Program-made: the position numbers and the translations under genes
The notes under the pieces: generated by a model
The model's input: the letters and a program-made list of their open reading frames with translations, nothing else
Told to the model about the DNA's origin: nothing
The model's database searches: none
Assembly: GCA_963752595.1 (NCBI GenBank)
Contig: CAVVYZ010000016.1
Coordinates: forward strand, 16,471 to 80,470
From: an uncultured delta proteobacterium
GTDB lineage: Bacteria; Desulfobacterota; Desulfomonilia; UBA1062
Direction: 5' to 3'
DNA length: 64,000 nucleotides
Shown: one piece after another, positions 62,701-64,000 of the stretch
Position numbering within the stretch: the stretch's first letter is position 1
How the letters are laid out: each line of letters opens with the position of its first letter

Positions 62701-64000
62701 GTGCCACTTGTGGTTTCCCCCACGGGCGTGTGCGATAACAGGCAAACTACCTTTTTGCAAGAACCATCCAAAAGCCTGTGCCCCTTGTGTAGCGCATGCC
62801 GACCAGGTATAGTCACCCAGCAAACCTCGTAAGCTACTTGCTTTCCTACGGGCCTCTTGCGGTTTATGGGCGATGGTTTTAAGTGCAGTTACAACGGCTT
62901 GTAGGTCTTCCAAACGAAAGAACGGCGCAGTGACGGCCCCGCGTACATCAACTACAGTAACGCACCCAGTCCCAACTCCAGGATGGGTTTCTTCTAGAAA
63001 ATGATATACACCACTGTTCCTGCTGATAATTAGGGGGACGCCCGCCGCTATCGCTTCCCACGCTACCAACCCAAAGCCCTCATGCCAGGACGGCATCAGG
63101 ACCACACTTGCCCCTTTTAAATCATTATAGAGGGTTTCCCGATCTTGCGTGTAAGGCAAAGCATGGAGGTTAATCACGCTCTCTGCATATCTTTCCGCGA
63201 ATTGCTTTAATTCGGTTTCCGGGTCTGATTGGGGCTGCGATGGCGATTGCACGACTTGGGCGTCGAAATTGATGCCTCGCAAGACCAGTTTGGGTTGCGA
63301 ACAGAGGCCATCGGGCATTCCGTTTTCGCGAGCTTCGCGGTGAGCTTGGGCAAAGGCGGCCACCCCGAGGTGACCCTGCTTGATACGCGCGGCATCCTCA
63401 GTGAGGCGGCCGCTTAAAAAAGCGGTGAAGGTTATAGGAGCTTCCCCGGGCACGATCTCTGCCAGACCCGGGATCAGCGTGTGAACCGTCTTGGATGCGC
63501 CTATCAGATCCATCAATGCGTCGTGGAGTAAAGGGCCAACCGCTAAAACAATGTCGGCTTGCTTAAAAAGGTCTTTTTGTTCCTGAGTTTTATGATTGGC
63601 GGTTTGGGAGTTTTCGGCGTAGGATTCGTAGTGATCATAGCTCATATGATGAATCAAAGCTGATAGACCGCCAACAGCCTTGGCAGCAGCATTTGCCGCA
63701 GTACCGGTGATGCGGTCATGTCCGAGCCATACAGTCATCTCAGGGTCAAAATTGATATTGCGCTTCTTAAGCTCTTCAATACCGGATAGCCCATGGGCTT
63801 CTGTGAACAATTTGTCCTGAGGTACATAGGGCAGGGGTACCAAGGTCACATATGCTTTTTCCGCCTCTTTGACTTCTTCTGCGCCAGCAGCCGAAACAAT
63901 ACAAATAACTTGAACGCTGAAGTGGTAGGCAACACCAAATGCACACAGAAAATCGGTGTTAAAACTATTAATCCCGCCGTACTTGCTTCCCCAATGTGTG
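59726..64000 (-). CDS. GT4 glycosyltransferase - P-loop (STAND-like) NTPase - TPR fusion; start beyond right edge, frameshifted, 3' end approximate
   Basis: HWGSKYGGINSFN, GHDRITG, AVGP, LSGRL, VLMPSWHEGFGLVAWEAIAAGVP (EX7E). Frameshift ~62730, then LITGAGGLGKTRLA, LIIIDYAE, RILLLAR..GEWW, RPL, RPDLLGEAL, followed by TPRs. Confidence 0.85.
60150..61200 (-). repeat. Tandem ~138-bp (46-aa) TPR-coding repeats, ~7-8 units
   Basis: AGGGC(C/T)TC(T/C)TC.. recurs at ~60216, 60352, 60489, 60624, 60761, 60899 and 61037. Example unit: EEALKYDQEALEIRCRLAKKSPDQYEPNYAMSLLNYSDDLSKAGQN. Confidence 0.9.

Overview
This 64 kb window looks like it comes from an anaerobic deltaproteobacterium (Desulfobacterota/Syntrophales-like), judged from gene content. 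Many 1-nt indels, including in the essential genes thrS and ribF, point to long-read consensus error rather than mass pseudogenisation. (i) 1-2.1 kb holds AT-rich integron gene cassettes with two clear attC sites and no integrase in view. (ii) 2.2-24.2 kb is a minus-strand type VI secretion cluster (tssJKLM, tagF, tagJ, tssABC, hcp, tssEFG, clpV). It has no vgrG/PAAR, is led by two unusual genes (a Cys-rich protein with a T-x-x-hydrophobic repeat tail, and a Fha C-terminal-like protein without an FHA domain), and ends with a candidate His/Cys effector. (iii) 24.6-32.1 kb is a sigma54-regulated short-chain acid locus (thiolase-like, CBS-PAS bEBP, prpE, SfMCT-like transporter). (iv) 34.3-50.6 kb is mostly housekeeping: pheT-pheS-rplT-rpmI-infC-thrS-tRNA-Val, ribF, tRNA-Leu, TetR plus acyl-CoA dehydrogenase, dciA, rluD, selA. 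(v) 51-64 kb is a mosaic accessory region: a HEPN-motif protein, a TMTC-like TPR glycosyltransferase, a 19-heme CbcL-like cytochrome c/b fusion and an ABC-F. It ends with the most novel-looking element, a glycosyltransferase (GT4)-STAND-like NTPase-TPR fusion with NLR-like architecture that runs off the right edge. All family assignments are from motif recognition; no database search was run.
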